A model generated the notes under the pieces. It was not told the DNA's origin, ran no database searches, and was given only the letters and a program-made list of their open reading frames with translations. From assembly GCA_964016885.1 (NCBI GenBank), contig OZ024747.1, positions 14,880,001 through 14,944,000 of the forward strand: a DNA stretch of 64,000 nt. The letters are read 5' to 3'. Shown here piece by piece: positions 1 through 13,149 of the stretch (its first letter is position 1; each line of letters begins with the position of its first letter). Source of the stretch: Eledone cirrhosa. Lineage: Eukaryota. The position numbers and the translations under genes are program-made.

Positions 1-220
1 ATACATCACTTTCCAAGTTTGAATTTTGCCGTAACCACATTTCCCCTCCGCGATTCCATTGTCGTTTACATTAAAAACCCAGACAAATACTAGGAGGAAG
101 GTGGTTAGAAGATTTGAAAACTGCTGCATTTGATAGAAATAATTATTTGTATCACTTACTCATAAAAATGAAAACGAGTATATTCTTGTAAAAGGGAAAT
201 ATTAACGTTCATTAATTTCT

Positions 221-399
221 TGGCAGTATCGGTGGAGGGTCGGACGCCTTGCTTTGACGCATAGAGTTAGCCCCCTTTACGATCTGAGTTCAAATCCCGC
301 CGAGGTTGACTTTACCTTTCATCCTTACGGGGTCGATAAAATAAAGTACCAGTAATGCACTAGGTATTTGCTGGCCTTGTGCCTAAAGTAGAAACAATT
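221..399 (+). mobile_element. tRNA-derived SINE, family S1
   Basis: A-box-like TGGCAGTATCGG and B-box GAGTTCAAATCC, then body GACTTTACCTTTCATCCTTACGGGGTCGATAAAATAAAGTACCAGT and tail GGCCTTGTGCCTAAAGTAGAAACAATT. More than 15 homologues in the window. Confidence 0.9.
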
Positions 400-1384
400 G
401 ATTTCATACAGACTTGGGCGATGTAAAGGCAATAGATTAAGCTCTGTTGTAGATAGAAGTGTGCCTGGTATCGGTTTGTCAAATTAACCACCTACGATAT
501 ACTGTTCGAAATGTAAAGCATATTCCGAAAATACTCCTTTATATCTATGGACGTATATTTGACAAGAATAAAAAAAATTAAAGTGATGACTCCGTAATAA
601 TTACAACTATTGGTGTTATAAAATAAAATGTAAATTGAAATTTGATCAAATCAAGCTAGAAAATAATAAGCAGTCTAGACTGTGAGAGACAAAACTTCAT
701 TTAGACTCCAGTCATGTCTTGGGAATTATATTATGAAAAGAAAACAGGAAGACAATATCAATAAGCAAAGAAAATAATACCCACGCCAACCTATCAAATA
801 GAAGGCTAGACAAATGAGAGTGAAACGAAAAGAAATGAAACAATAAAGAATAATAATTCAATGAATTAAATTGAATTTCTTCAACTATTTTTTCTGTCAT
901 TCCTGGCTACGATTTTCCCATATGCCAGCGACATATATCCTGTTTCTTATATTCTCTTAGGTCGCATCGAATGTGCGGTTGTTACGAATCGAACCAACAC
1001 GCATCTATTCCATGAGGTGGATAAGTTAAATAGAAATTACTCTGGTCAGATTTGAGAAATGAAAGTAATCGAGAGAAAGAAATATTTGAGAGCAAACAAG
1101 TGTTTTTATTTTACAATATTTGAATATTTATTTTACATTAGGATTGTATTTTGTGCTGCTTATATATTTGAGAAAGTGTTGAGCTACTGTCAACACGGGT
1201 TTGCGATTTCGTTTTCCTCCTCAGCAGAGAAAGTGTATTTTTCTACCAAAATATACTCATGGATAAGCCATGCATATTACATCGTTCAAGTGAACGTTTT
1301 TAACTAACCTTCAGGATTTAATTTCCTTCCTCTAATTTTTGAATTGATAACCAGCCCAAACTGTTCATATTTATAACATGAATA

Positions 1385-1585
1385 CGAATGTCAGGATATC
1401 CAGATCTCTGGTCATATTCAAGACCCCACCTTCCACTACTAAATTCAGCTGCCCGCTTTTGTACTGTTGATAACGTTGGAGAGTGTCGCCTGCTGATGTA
1501 GCAACCATAACAGCATGAACGAACTTGGGGCCTGAACCCTTTTCATGCAGGTACTTCACAACTCCATGGTGCCAAATTGTGTGTA
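1385..1585 (-). pseudogene. mariner-type transposase N-terminal fragment (frameshifted)
   Basis: IWHHGVVKYLHEKGSGPKFVHAVMVAT, then in a shifted frame LSTVQKRAAEFSSGRWGLEYDQRSGYP. This matches the mariner HTH region pattern VIKYL..KG..P..IHADM...STVQKWAAEF..GR..LEDDPRSGRP. Confidence 0.8.
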
Positions 1586-1643
1586 TTTGTGTCTGGCTAG
1601 AATTAATACACACACACACATACACACATATATATTCTCTATT

Positions 1644-1740
1644 CTAAGGCGGGTAAAATTCCCGAGATCCATGGACGATTTCTCTCCAGCGGTCTCTGTC
1701 CCTCATTATCGCTGCCATGTCCTGCGTCTCCCACAGACCC
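1644..1740 (-). mobile_element. RTE-like LINE 3' stub
   Basis: Reverse complement of the 3' part of 42155-42334 (…[18 protein letters not shown]). Confidence 0.75.
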
Positions 1741-1748
1741 ATATATAT

Positions 1749-1800
1749 TTATTAAAATAACATTAAAGTTTAAGCAAAGAATCGCTGCTTTCACCCTTAA
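1749..1800 (+). repeat. short dispersed repeat end next to TA tracts (also 5068-5165 minus, 7344-7420 plus)
   Basis: ATTAAAGTTTAAGCAAAGAATCGCTGCTTTCACCCTTAA is shared by three loci, each abutting (TA)n. Confidence 0.7.
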
Positions 1801-2187
1801 CGGGATCTTCTGAAACTAACAAAGTCAATCTGTAAACGCAGAAGTGGATATTTCAAAAAAACGTTGCAACCGGAGGAAGACAGGAAGACGATACTTTGGT
1901 TCGTGGAAACGTTCCCTGGCAAAGAACGGGAAAAAACGAATATAATACATCATTAATTGGAGCGGTGAAAAACAATTACACGCAAAGACAAAACCACGTT
2001 TATGGTATAAAAGAAGTCATAAGACTAATATTCTCTTAGGTGGTTCATAGAGACGTTCTCTAGAAATGAACGGAGAAAACGAAGATAATACATCATATGT
2101 GTAGCATGGAGAACAATTGCACGCAAAGACAAAACCACGTAAATGGTATAACTGAAGTCGTAGACTAAAATTCAAACTATATATATA

Positions 2188-2386
2188 AAACAAAGAAAGT
2201 GTGGTAAGATACCAGGTCGATCATAACGCACCAGAGTACTCGATACTTAGAGCAGTAGAGTGGGTAATAATAAAAGAGTCAGGACCCCGACGGCGGAGCC
2301 CCGGCCATTTCGACAGCTAGATCCGAACAGTTCGGATCTAGCTGTCGAAACGGCCGAAGTTCAGCCGTCGAGGTCCTGACTCTTTT
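2188..2386. mobile_element. fold-back element, family F, carrying the 3' half of a hammerhead
   Basis: 57-bp arms 2272-2328/2330-2386 with a 1-nt spacer. The right arm reads GAAA-CGGC-cgaagttca-GCCG-TC (stem III plus GUC site). The left arm extends ~85 bp further, homologous to 17250-17298. Confidence 0.7.
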
Positions 2387-2399
2387 CACACACACACAA

Positions 2400-2481
<82 letters not shown>

Positions 2482-2744
2482 GCATATGTGTGTGTGTGTG
2501 TATACTAAGTTCATATGGCAAAGTAATTCAATAATCATCTTTTGAATTACAAATCCACCTTTCATGGGATTATGTTTCAGCAATTATACGACAAAATATC
2601 ACAGGTATTCTCTTCGTTGCTATTAATGTTCTTGTTGTTTCTATTTATTAAAATGGTAATTGTGTGCTGAGATAATTCTGCTATTTTTAAACTAATGTAC
2701 AAGGTTGCACATTTTAGGAATATGAGAATTCGATATTATCGATC

Positions 2745-2900
2745 TTAGCGTCTGACAATTAACTAACTTATCGATCGCTGAAAAGATGAAACGCAAAGTC
2801 AACCCAGGCAGGATTTGATCATCAGTATGTAAAAGTTTAAAAACAAATACCAGGAGTCTTTCTTTCTTGTTCGCGCTCTGCTGAACATACCACCCACTTC
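2745..2900 (-). mobile_element. degenerate S1-related SINE
   Basis: TTATCGATCGCTGAAAAGATGAAACGCAAAGTCAACCCAGGCAGGATTTGA resembles the reverse complement of the S1 body. Confidence 0.6.
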
Positions 2901-3786
2901 TTCTTTTTGTACTGACATAATACTACTCATAATTAATATTTGTGTCGAATGAAATTGATTCATCTCTTACATGCATTTAGTGCGCAACTAAATATTCTTT
3001 TCAGTTAGATATTCTCTGAAGGCAGTCGGCTTTTTCATTTTAATTACTTTTCGTTTCCCCAAACAATCCCCAAATTACGTGTGATGAAAAGAACTTCGCC
3101 TTTTATTTTATTCTATTCATTCTCGATATGTCTCCTTCTTTGTTTTGTTTTTTTCTAGTTTCACGGTATGTTCCTTTTTCTATTATTTATTATATACGTT
3201 AATAATGGCTATTTAGTGTTTGTTTATATAGCGTGAAATAAAATAATAGTGGAGAGTAATAGAAGAAGAATTAGTTGACTATTCCGTGTTATTTTGCCTT
3301 CTTCCCACCGAATAAAAAGACAGCACAAAAGGGGATTGTATATATAGATAGTGGGCAAAGTAATAAATTACTTCATGAAACGAAGTTGCGGAGAAGGCAT
3401 AACAGAAAGAGAGAAACACGCACCATTTAAATAGGTGTATGCTGCAGAACAACTCTTTAAACAAGCCTAGCCTGCATTAAATTTAAAAATAAATAAATAA
3501 ATTGAAACTTATAACTGAATCGTGATCAAATATTAGTGGTCAAACTGAAGCGCTCAAACATGAAGTTAGCATATGCGATATCTTTTAAATAAAAATATGA
3601 ATGCTTTATTCGCTTGGTGTGACAAAAAAACTAGGACGAACTCATACAATATAAAATCATATACACACAATCACATAGAACAACACAGCCACTCCTATTT
3701 TAATAGAAATACTTTTAATATTTTAACTCATATCCAGTCAACAAACAATATTCAATATCAAACACCCATGTAAGCATTATTATTGG

Positions 3787-4158
3787 GGGTGGATTGGCAG
3801 TATCGGTAGAGGGTCGGACGCCATGCTTTCCAGCATAGTTTCGTCCCTTTACGATCTGAGTTCAAATCCCGCCGAGGTTGACTTTACCTTTCATCCTTAC
3901 GGGGTCGATAAAATAAAGTACCAGTAATGCACTGGTAATTGCTGGCCTTGTGCCTAAAGTAGAAACAATTATTATTGGCAGTACCAGTAGAGGGTCGGAC
4001 GCTATGCTTTCCAGCATAGAGTTACGGCCGTTGCCATTCTGAGTTCGAATCCCGCCGAGGTTAACTTTGCCTTTCATCCTTACGGGGTCGATAAAATAAA
4101 GTACCAGTAATGCACTGGGTAATTTCTGGCCTTGTGCCAACATGTAGAAACAATTATT
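3787..4158 (+). mobile_element. head-to-tail SINE S1 dimer (3787-3972, 3975-4158)
   Basis: Two complete A-box/B-box/body/tail units joined through ATTATTAT. Confidence 0.9.
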
Positions 4159-4858
4159 ATAGATAATAGAGCAGTGTAATACAATTTCAATCCATATTTA
4201 AATAAGACGCATATTGCTCTTAATATATATATATATGTGTGTGTATATGTGTGTGTGTGTGTATGTGTTATTTCAAGTTTGCCAATAGACATTAGGTGAT
4301 AGAACGTCGGGGAGAATGTGGTATTCACTCAGGCCATCTTCGCCTTGAGTTTAAAACCCGCCTTGGTCAAAGTTGGTTTCACATCATTTCGACTTCGGGA
4401 AAAGAAATGTATCTTTTCAGCATTCGGCTCCAATCTGCTTCTATGTCTCGAAGGCGAAGAAGAAGTCAATGAAAAAGAAATCAGTTGAGTTGACATGGGG
4501 TGAGGTGTGCTCCAGCAGGTTGTAAAATCAGTCAATATATGTTCTATGTCACTAAGGCGCCGCTACGACTCCGTTGATATTGAATATTGTTACAATTCAT
4601 CGATATGTCCAGTTCCTGTGTGTGTTTTTAGTCTTCCGAGGAACTGGAATCATATATGTTAGACTTACTTATTTTACATTACTCCGGAGTAAACAAACCA
4701 ACCTGCGTACTTCGTCGAGTGCTCCATTCTGCATACTGAGATGTCGGTAAGCAACTAACACATACTCAATATATATATATATGTATTTAATGTATATATA
4801 TGAATGTATATATATATATATATATACATAAATATATGTATATATATATATATATAAA

Positions 4859-4947
<89 letters not shown>

Positions 4948-5177
4948 AATAGAAATGGATTAACATATAAATAAACATGAATAATCACAGGAGATAATTT
5001 TTTCAAGTGTGTAAATTTTGGATATAGATATACATATATATATATAACAATATATATATATATATGGTTATAGTAATAATAATAAATTTGAAGACTAAAA
5101 ATATATGTATATTAAGGGTAAAAGCAGCGATTCTTTGCTTAAACTTTAATCTGTTATTTTAATAAATATATATATGG

Positions 5178-5246
<69 letters not shown>

Positions 5247-5385
5247 GCTGTGTATACATATGTATATAAGTTTGTGTGTGTGTATTTATATATATATATA
5301 TATACATATATATGTTCATATATATATGTATGTATATGTATATATATGTATTATTATTATATATATATGTATGAATATATATATA

Positions 5386-5427
<42 letters not shown>

Positions 5428-5443
5428 TATATATCTATCTATC

Positions 5444-5600
5444 TAAGGCGGGTAAAATTCCCGAGAACCATGGACGAGTTCTCTCCAGCGGTCTCTGTCC
5501 CTCATTATCGCTGCCATGACATGCGTCTCCAACAGACCAGTGTCTGTCCTTAGGGCATCAACATAAGTTAAACTTGGTCTTCCTCTTCTAGTGTGTCCAT
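5444..5600 (-). mobile_element. RTE-like LINE 3' stub
   Basis: Reverse complement of 42176-42333, flanked by (TA)n. Confidence 0.8.
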
Positions 5601-6503
<903 letters not shown>

Positions 6504-7060
6504 TGGTGGCTGCCAACTCGTTTTCGAGTACGGCCACTACTTTATATCCATGTAGGAGAACCCCTACCGATGCGCTGAACGAGTGTGACTTTTTAGTCCA
6601 GCCAGCGACTTGAAAACTCTGGTACAAACACTACACTTGTTACAATCATCGACACATCGTGCTTTGCCTTTGGTACCATGTGACGACAAGTGCAGAGAGA
6701 TCTCCAGATATAAAGCAATGCCTGTGCCGTGAAGCTTTTATAGTGAGCAAAGGCACTGCACAAAGCCAGTCCCACTCTCTTAACCAAGATGATATTTACC
6801 AAAAAGAAGAACAAGTCAACATCATTGGATACCATCAGGGTTGCAGGTGTTATATCAGAGTTTTCCTTCTCCTAGAATTCTGCCTTGACAAAGGCTAAGG
6901 GGTCATCTCTCCCAGTGATTTTGGATGGCCATTAACTCTTAAGAGCTCCTTTGCCCTTTAACAGGTTTTGTTTTTAGTCCTGCAGGATGTCCAAAGTCAC
7001 CCTCCTCACCAAGAAACCTTGGTGGGGTTGCCAGTTTAGTCGCCAACGACCCGACCATGA

Positions 7061-7063
<3 letters not shown>
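6504..7063 (-). mobile_element. probable RTE-clade LINE 5' UTR fragment
   Basis: The minus strand has GGCGACTAAACTGGCAACCCCACC…GGTGAGGAGGG and AGCCTTTGTCAAGGCAGAATTCTAGGAGAAGGAAAACTCTGA, motifs I recall from RTE 5' UTRs. No ORF; bounded by (TA)n on both sides. Confidence 0.5.
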
Positions 7064-7100
<37 letters not shown>

Positions 7101-7210
7101 CATACGTACGTACATACATACATACATACATACATACATACATACATACATACATACATACATACATACATACATACATACATACATACATACATACATA
7201 CATACATACA

Positions 7211-7242
<32 letters not shown>

Positions 7243-7313
7243 CATACATACATACATATATATACATATATATATAAATACACACACACACACATACTTA
7301 TATACATATGTAT

Positions 7314-7345
<32 letters not shown>

Positions 7346-7467
7346 TAAAGTTTAAGCAAAGAATCGCTGCTTTCACTCTTAATATAAATATATTTTTAGT
7401 CTTCAAATTTATTATTATTACGGACGCTTTAAGCATCCAACCTCAATTATATTTATATATTTATATA

Positions 7468-7503
<36 letters not shown>

Positions 7504-7718
7504 ATTGGTGTTGGATACTTAAAGCGTCCGTATGCGGTAGGCTGCATGAGCACTCTCTCTCTACATATATATATATATGTATATATATGTAAAAGTTCTA
7601 TTTAAATTGTTGGGATACAACAAGCAAATATTTTTATAACTGATATAAAGCACTCAACAAATATTTGGAGTAAAAATACGATATTAACAAATGGAAACTA
7701 TATTTATAAAACCATATT

Positions 7719-7783
7719 TATTTCATTATGCATATTTCAAGGACACCAAGTTAAATTATGGTGTGCTTTCATCAGACAAAATA
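7719..7783 (-). ncRNA. type I hammerhead ribozyme motif (family A)
   Basis: tattttgt CTGATGA aagcacacca…tggtgtcctt GAAA tatgca TA atgaaata, with palindromic stem III. Confidence 0.8.
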
Positions 7784-7848
7784 TAATATAGATCAGTTTT
7801 ATAAATAAATATTGACATACCCTTTATTTATAAAACTGATCTATATTA

Positions 7849-7913
7849 TATTTTGTCTGATGAAAGCACACCATAATTCCACTTGGTGTCCTTGAAATAT
7901 GTATAATGAAATA
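7849..7913 (+). ncRNA. type I hammerhead ribozyme motif (family A)
   Basis: CTGATGA at 7857, stem II aagcacacca/tggtgtcctt, GAAA at 7894, stem I tattttgt/atgaaata. Confidence 0.8.
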
Positions 7914-7999
7914 AATATGGTTTTATAAATATAGTTTCCATTTGTTAATATCGTATATGTATATATATGTATATATATGTATATATATCTATATATATG

Positions 8000-8030
<31 letters not shown>

Positions 8031-11000
8031 ATATATATGAATCAGCTTGGTATGTATATGTTTGGCTTTTAGCAGATTCTTCACCACGTGCGTATATATA
8101 TATATACATACAGAGATATCCACGGTAAGTCTTGGGGGTCTAGTCTGCATGAAGAACTCAATGTAATCCATATGTTGAAAATGTTGTAGGTTAAAATAAA
8201 TCCCGGAAAACAATAAATCATTAAAAGGAAAACAGAGTAATGATATAAGTTAAAACAATGAAATAAAAAATCAAGTCATTAGAAATATACTTCACTGCAT
8301 TACGATCGTTTCTAGGTGATGATAATACATCGTAACTATACTTCGATATCTATCCATGTAAGTTTAGTTACAAAATATCAGATAAAGAGAATATTTACTT
8401 ACATGCTTATCACCAGCTGTTTTCAAAACAATAATAATTTTATTCAAAATTAGTAGTAAATTAGTATTATGTTTAGTTCAATGACCTTGTTTGGAGGTAG
8501 TTGAAGAACTAACCAATCAAATTGTTTTTTTCCATATGATGTTAAGATGAAAAATAATTATCTTTAGTTGAGGTCATGACCCTTTGAAAGGAATGGTTGA
8601 ATGGTGTTAATAACAGAATTGCCATAAACTATCTATTAGGAAGAAAGGGATTGTCAAAATTGATAGTTGAATGTATATGGTATAGATATGCATATATAAA
8701 TACAGAGAGAGAGAGAGATCTACATATATACATATATGTTGTTTCTATTGACATTTGGTTTCTTTTTTTATTTGATTCCCTTAACTTGAGAAAGATCATT
8801 ACCACTAGAACCTTTGTCACAACGCTCTTGCATTACATTCTCTTTTCGTCTCCCACCCCTGGTGTTACTTATAATGTAGTATTATTTTGTAACATATCGT
8901 TGAAACGTACTTCTCTTTTGTTTTGTTTACGCTAGTGGGTGGCCATTATTCAAGTCATATTCTTCCCTTATTTCATTTTCATGTTTTTTTTTCTGTTTAT
9001 GTTCTCTTCTCTGAGCGTGTGAATTATTTTTTTACTTTGAATATAATACTGAAATCTCTTGCAAGTTGACTTCGCGTGAAATGTGTACTTTGCTTTGTTT
9101 GTACACAAACGCTATTGTTCTATATGTTTTATCCATTTCATATATTACACATGTTTTACTTTTATGAAACCATTGTAGTGAGCTTACTTTGTATTTCTTG
9201 TACAATGGCTAAGTATTTTTGACGCATTATAACAATTTGCAGCTGCTACAATTTCTCCTTATTTTTGTTTAGATTTATGTGTCATGTATTTGCTAAAATA
9301 TATTCAGAAAATTCGTTACACATGCACATAAAAAACATGGGAGAATATTGACTCCCTTAAGTAAAAATACACGGGAAGATGAATAATTAATCATAATATT
9401 AATATGTTTCTCTTTGTTATTGCCGCGAGCGTCCATTCATTCGTATAATAAATCTGCACACAAAGCTATCACAAAATATGTAGGTATAAATAAAAAAACA
9501 AAGTTATATATAAACGACTGAAGGGTTAAATACATTACACAATATTTTCACATACATTTATTTATTTGTTCATCCATTTTGAAAACTATATAAAATGGTT
9601 AAATTACATAAACACAGATACAATTAAAAGACTTGTAAGTGGGGAAAAAACACAAAACTTCCTGAATCTGAGCATAACTCCACACAAATCTGATTTTGAA
9701 CTCAACGAAATGCTTCGTCTAGTTATTGACAAACTTCTGTATCTCTAATGTATGGGACTAGCTATATTTGTTGCTGGTTCTGACGTTCAATCTTTCGCCA
9801 CATATCCGGTTCCCACTGAAAGGAAGCCATAAACTTGTCCTAATTGATGCATGTTTTGCAACTAAACATTCTACCCTGTACCGCTAGTGTTCTGAACATT
9901 TCTGTCGCTACATCGACGCGGCACAGCTCCGGAATAGATCAGCAGAACTTAGATCTTTCAGCTCTGTTTAGACCCCACTCAACTAACTGTGAATTTTATT
10001 ACCATAGGAATATAAACGTACCTCTACTCAGCAACAAACATAAGTAATTTTTTTTTATTTCAATCAGGAATGAATGGTTTTGGGAAAGTGGCGCTCTTTT
10101 TAGTTGCCCAACATTGCAGAGAGAATAATTTTCTCGGTAGAAAACTAGCATCGGGAGCAAAGGTAAAACTATTGCCTTTTAAATTATTTCTTCGTTTAAC
10201 AATTATACGTTCATATTCTTGGGATACTTTCATTATTTTTGTGAAATTGTGGTTTTGAATATCAGATAGTAATTGCCAGTATTGCAGAGGATTATATGTC
10301 TGTTTGCTGTCATTTTTTCTCTTATGGTTATTTGAATTCTTTTGTTTTTCAATTATTTTCCCATGTTCGACAATTAAAGGAACATAAAGTGCCATTCTTT
10401 TTTTCGAGAATTATGCCATATTAGAAATTATCGGAAATACCACAAAATTCCTATAAAATGTTATTTATGATTAACATAATCTCTCTGCTTTAGCTATTGA
10501 ATGCCCAGCGGCACCTGTTTGTAAAATAATTAAAAGTAAATTATTTTCATCTAATAAAGCTCATTGATACTCAAATCGTTCTTGGTGGTGTGTATTCAGC
10601 TTCCAATAGCCGGGTTCTCACCCAAGGGTCTTAACTATGTCTACTATGCAGCTCACAAATTTGTGGTTTATGAAGCTGACCAGCTCAATTTGTGAGTAAT
10701 AAAAAATATATCTATCATGCCATTTGTGTTTGGACAACTGAAGCAATAGGTAAACGTTTCCATAATAACAAGGCAAATTACCTATGAAGCTATACATAGC
10801 TATATTCAAGAAAGTAACAATCTGTTAGTGGTGTTAGTTCTCACACTGCGACGTTAATCTCGCATATACCTCTTAATACGGACAATTTTGGGGTGGTGGG
10901 GGGAGCTTGAAATACGTTTCTCTTGAGCGTATTTATTTTCATCTCGATCAAACCCATAATAACGTAACATGTTGATCTTGAATACATTTCTGCATCTTTA

Positions 11001-12639
11001 CATTGAAACATTTTGTTAAGCGTGGAACTAACTTATCCATCTCTATGGTCACCAAAAAGCACCAAATTCTATATATGGTTCCAATATAAGCACAAGACCT
11101 TTCCGGGGGGATCAAAATCTTAATACTAAACCGCAAATTATTTTGTCCGACTTTCTCGCAATTCTCCCAATCCCCGACCAATGAGAATAATAATATTGTG
11201 TGATTAAGTTGTAGTAACCTTAATAAGAACAAACAAAACACATACATGCACTTGTATACATACACATGCACGCAAACACAGAGACAGACATACACACACA
11301 CTCAAATATATATATATAAATAAATATATGCGTGTATATATATATATATATATATATATATTTGAATGTATGTATGTATTTGTGTGTGTGCGGGTCTGTC
11401 TGTCTGTTCACGTACATAGTCATATTTTCTTTATATCTGTTTTTCCGTTGGGGATTTAAATGCAATACTTCCATCTTTGCTTTGATTAACTAAAAACTTT
11501 TAATAGTTTCAATTCATAATGCTTTACTTTTATTCTTCAATACCTTCCAATAAATGAATGTCATGAGTTCTATTTCATATGAAAGGACTAGTGTCCACAT
11601 TTTTTCCTAAATACACGAATTTCTTAATTTTTCTGTGTTTTTTTTTTTCAGGGTTTTGGATGACCCTTCAAGGATAAAAAAAAAAAGTAATAAATAAGTT
11701 TTATATGTTGTCTCTCATACCCAAATGTTTGAAGCAGATGTCATGCAAATTTTCTTTTGCTGTAAGTTGAAATGGCGTCATAAACAGTCCTTTGCTGTCA
11801 AAAAGGAATCACAAAGAACAGGACATTTTTTTCTCATTTATAGAAGTGTAATGAAAGAAGATACATGGAACATTTTGCAAGAGAAAGTGCCACGAAACTA
11901 GTTAAAAAGCTTTGACTAAAAAGACATTTTTTCTGAATGATGTTTGGATGATGGCCAATGTTATGAAGATAAAATACTTTGCTAAATAGAGAGCGTAAAA
12001 GAAATTCTTAGATAAAAAAAGAGAATGGCGATAGAAAAGAGAATAGAGATAGAAAGAAATGCTATTTCTTTTAAAGAAGAAAGACTTCAGCGAGCAGTTT
12101 AAAGAAATGTATACAGTCAAAGCTAACTGCATTACAAGACTTCCAAAGAATCTTTTTCCTCGACTCGTGATATTTTTTTGCTTGCTTCAATTGATCGATA
12201 TGGAAGTTAGCCAAGATATATCATGGTGAATATTAAGAATAAATAATAAGTCTTAGTATACAATAAAAGAGATAATGCATATTGTTTATATTTCTATGGT
12301 TAATTGATATAGTTGTTACTTTTGTATCCTCAAAACGTTCTAAATGTATTTAGTAAATATGAACTAATATTCATATATCCGTGTTTCATAATATAAAGTG
12401 GATAAATTATATCCAGTGAGTTAGGGTACTACTCCATCAAAGGTAAAATATACAGCAAAGCTTGCTACCTAATATTCAAAATACTATTTAAAATAACAAC
12501 AGGCAACGGAAACTGTAATGACTCTAAACTTAAAAGCTACGAGGGGCCACAATAGCAATTATTTAAAACATTTTTAGATAGTGGAGCATATGTGGGGTCT
12601 TAATAGCAACGGACAAATGCATAGTAGTAATTGTCCCAC

Positions 12640-12965
12640 CTCTTTACGTTCTGAGTTCAAATTCTACTGATTCTTACAATCTCGATAAAATAAAGTAACA
12701 TTAACGAACTAGAGTCGATTTAATCGACTTTCACCTCCCCGAAAATATCTGGCCTTGTGCTGAAATACGAAACCATGGTGGATTGGCAGTATCGGTAGAA
12801 GGTCTGACGTCATGCTTTGCAGCAAAGATTTACGGCCCTTTATGGTCTAAGTTGAAATCCCTCCGAGGTTAACTTTGCTTTTTATCCTTCCGGGATCGAT
12901 AAAATAAAGTACCAGTAATACACTGGGATAATTGCTGGCCTTGTACCAAAAGTAGAAACAATTAT
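12640..12965 (+). mobile_element. two adjacent S1-type SINEs (older partial 12640-12775; 12776-12965)
   Basis: B-box, GATAAAATAAAGTA and GGCCTTGT tail each occur twice in tandem. Confidence 0.8.
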
Positions 12966-13149
12966 TTTATACATTTTATGCCCTCTGTATTTACTGAGGA
13001 AGATAAACCCAATATATGTATATGTAGGGTGTATAAACATTCCCCTTCTTAAAGAGGCTGATGGTTGCTCGCTTGTTACGAACACCTGACTATCCTTACA
13101 TTTAAGTGGCACACACCAACTACCTTTTGCTCCTGTTAGCTTTTTCATA

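Larger units (their letters stand above)
7590..7955. mobile_element. fold-back element, family A, with two hammerheads
   Basis: Inverted arms ~7677-7807/7825-7955, with a left extension 7590-7676. Homologous to 48320-48885. Confidence 0.85.

Noticed and set aside
4608-4650. CCAGTTCCT…AGGAACTGG stem-loop
   Set aside because: Only 9 bp, no ribozyme core and no second copy in the window.
10060-10395. 111-aa minus-strand ORF (also 52429-52671, 38626-38829, 50738-51064)
   Set aside because: No recognisable domain, splice pattern or consistent gene structure; lengths are compatible with chance.
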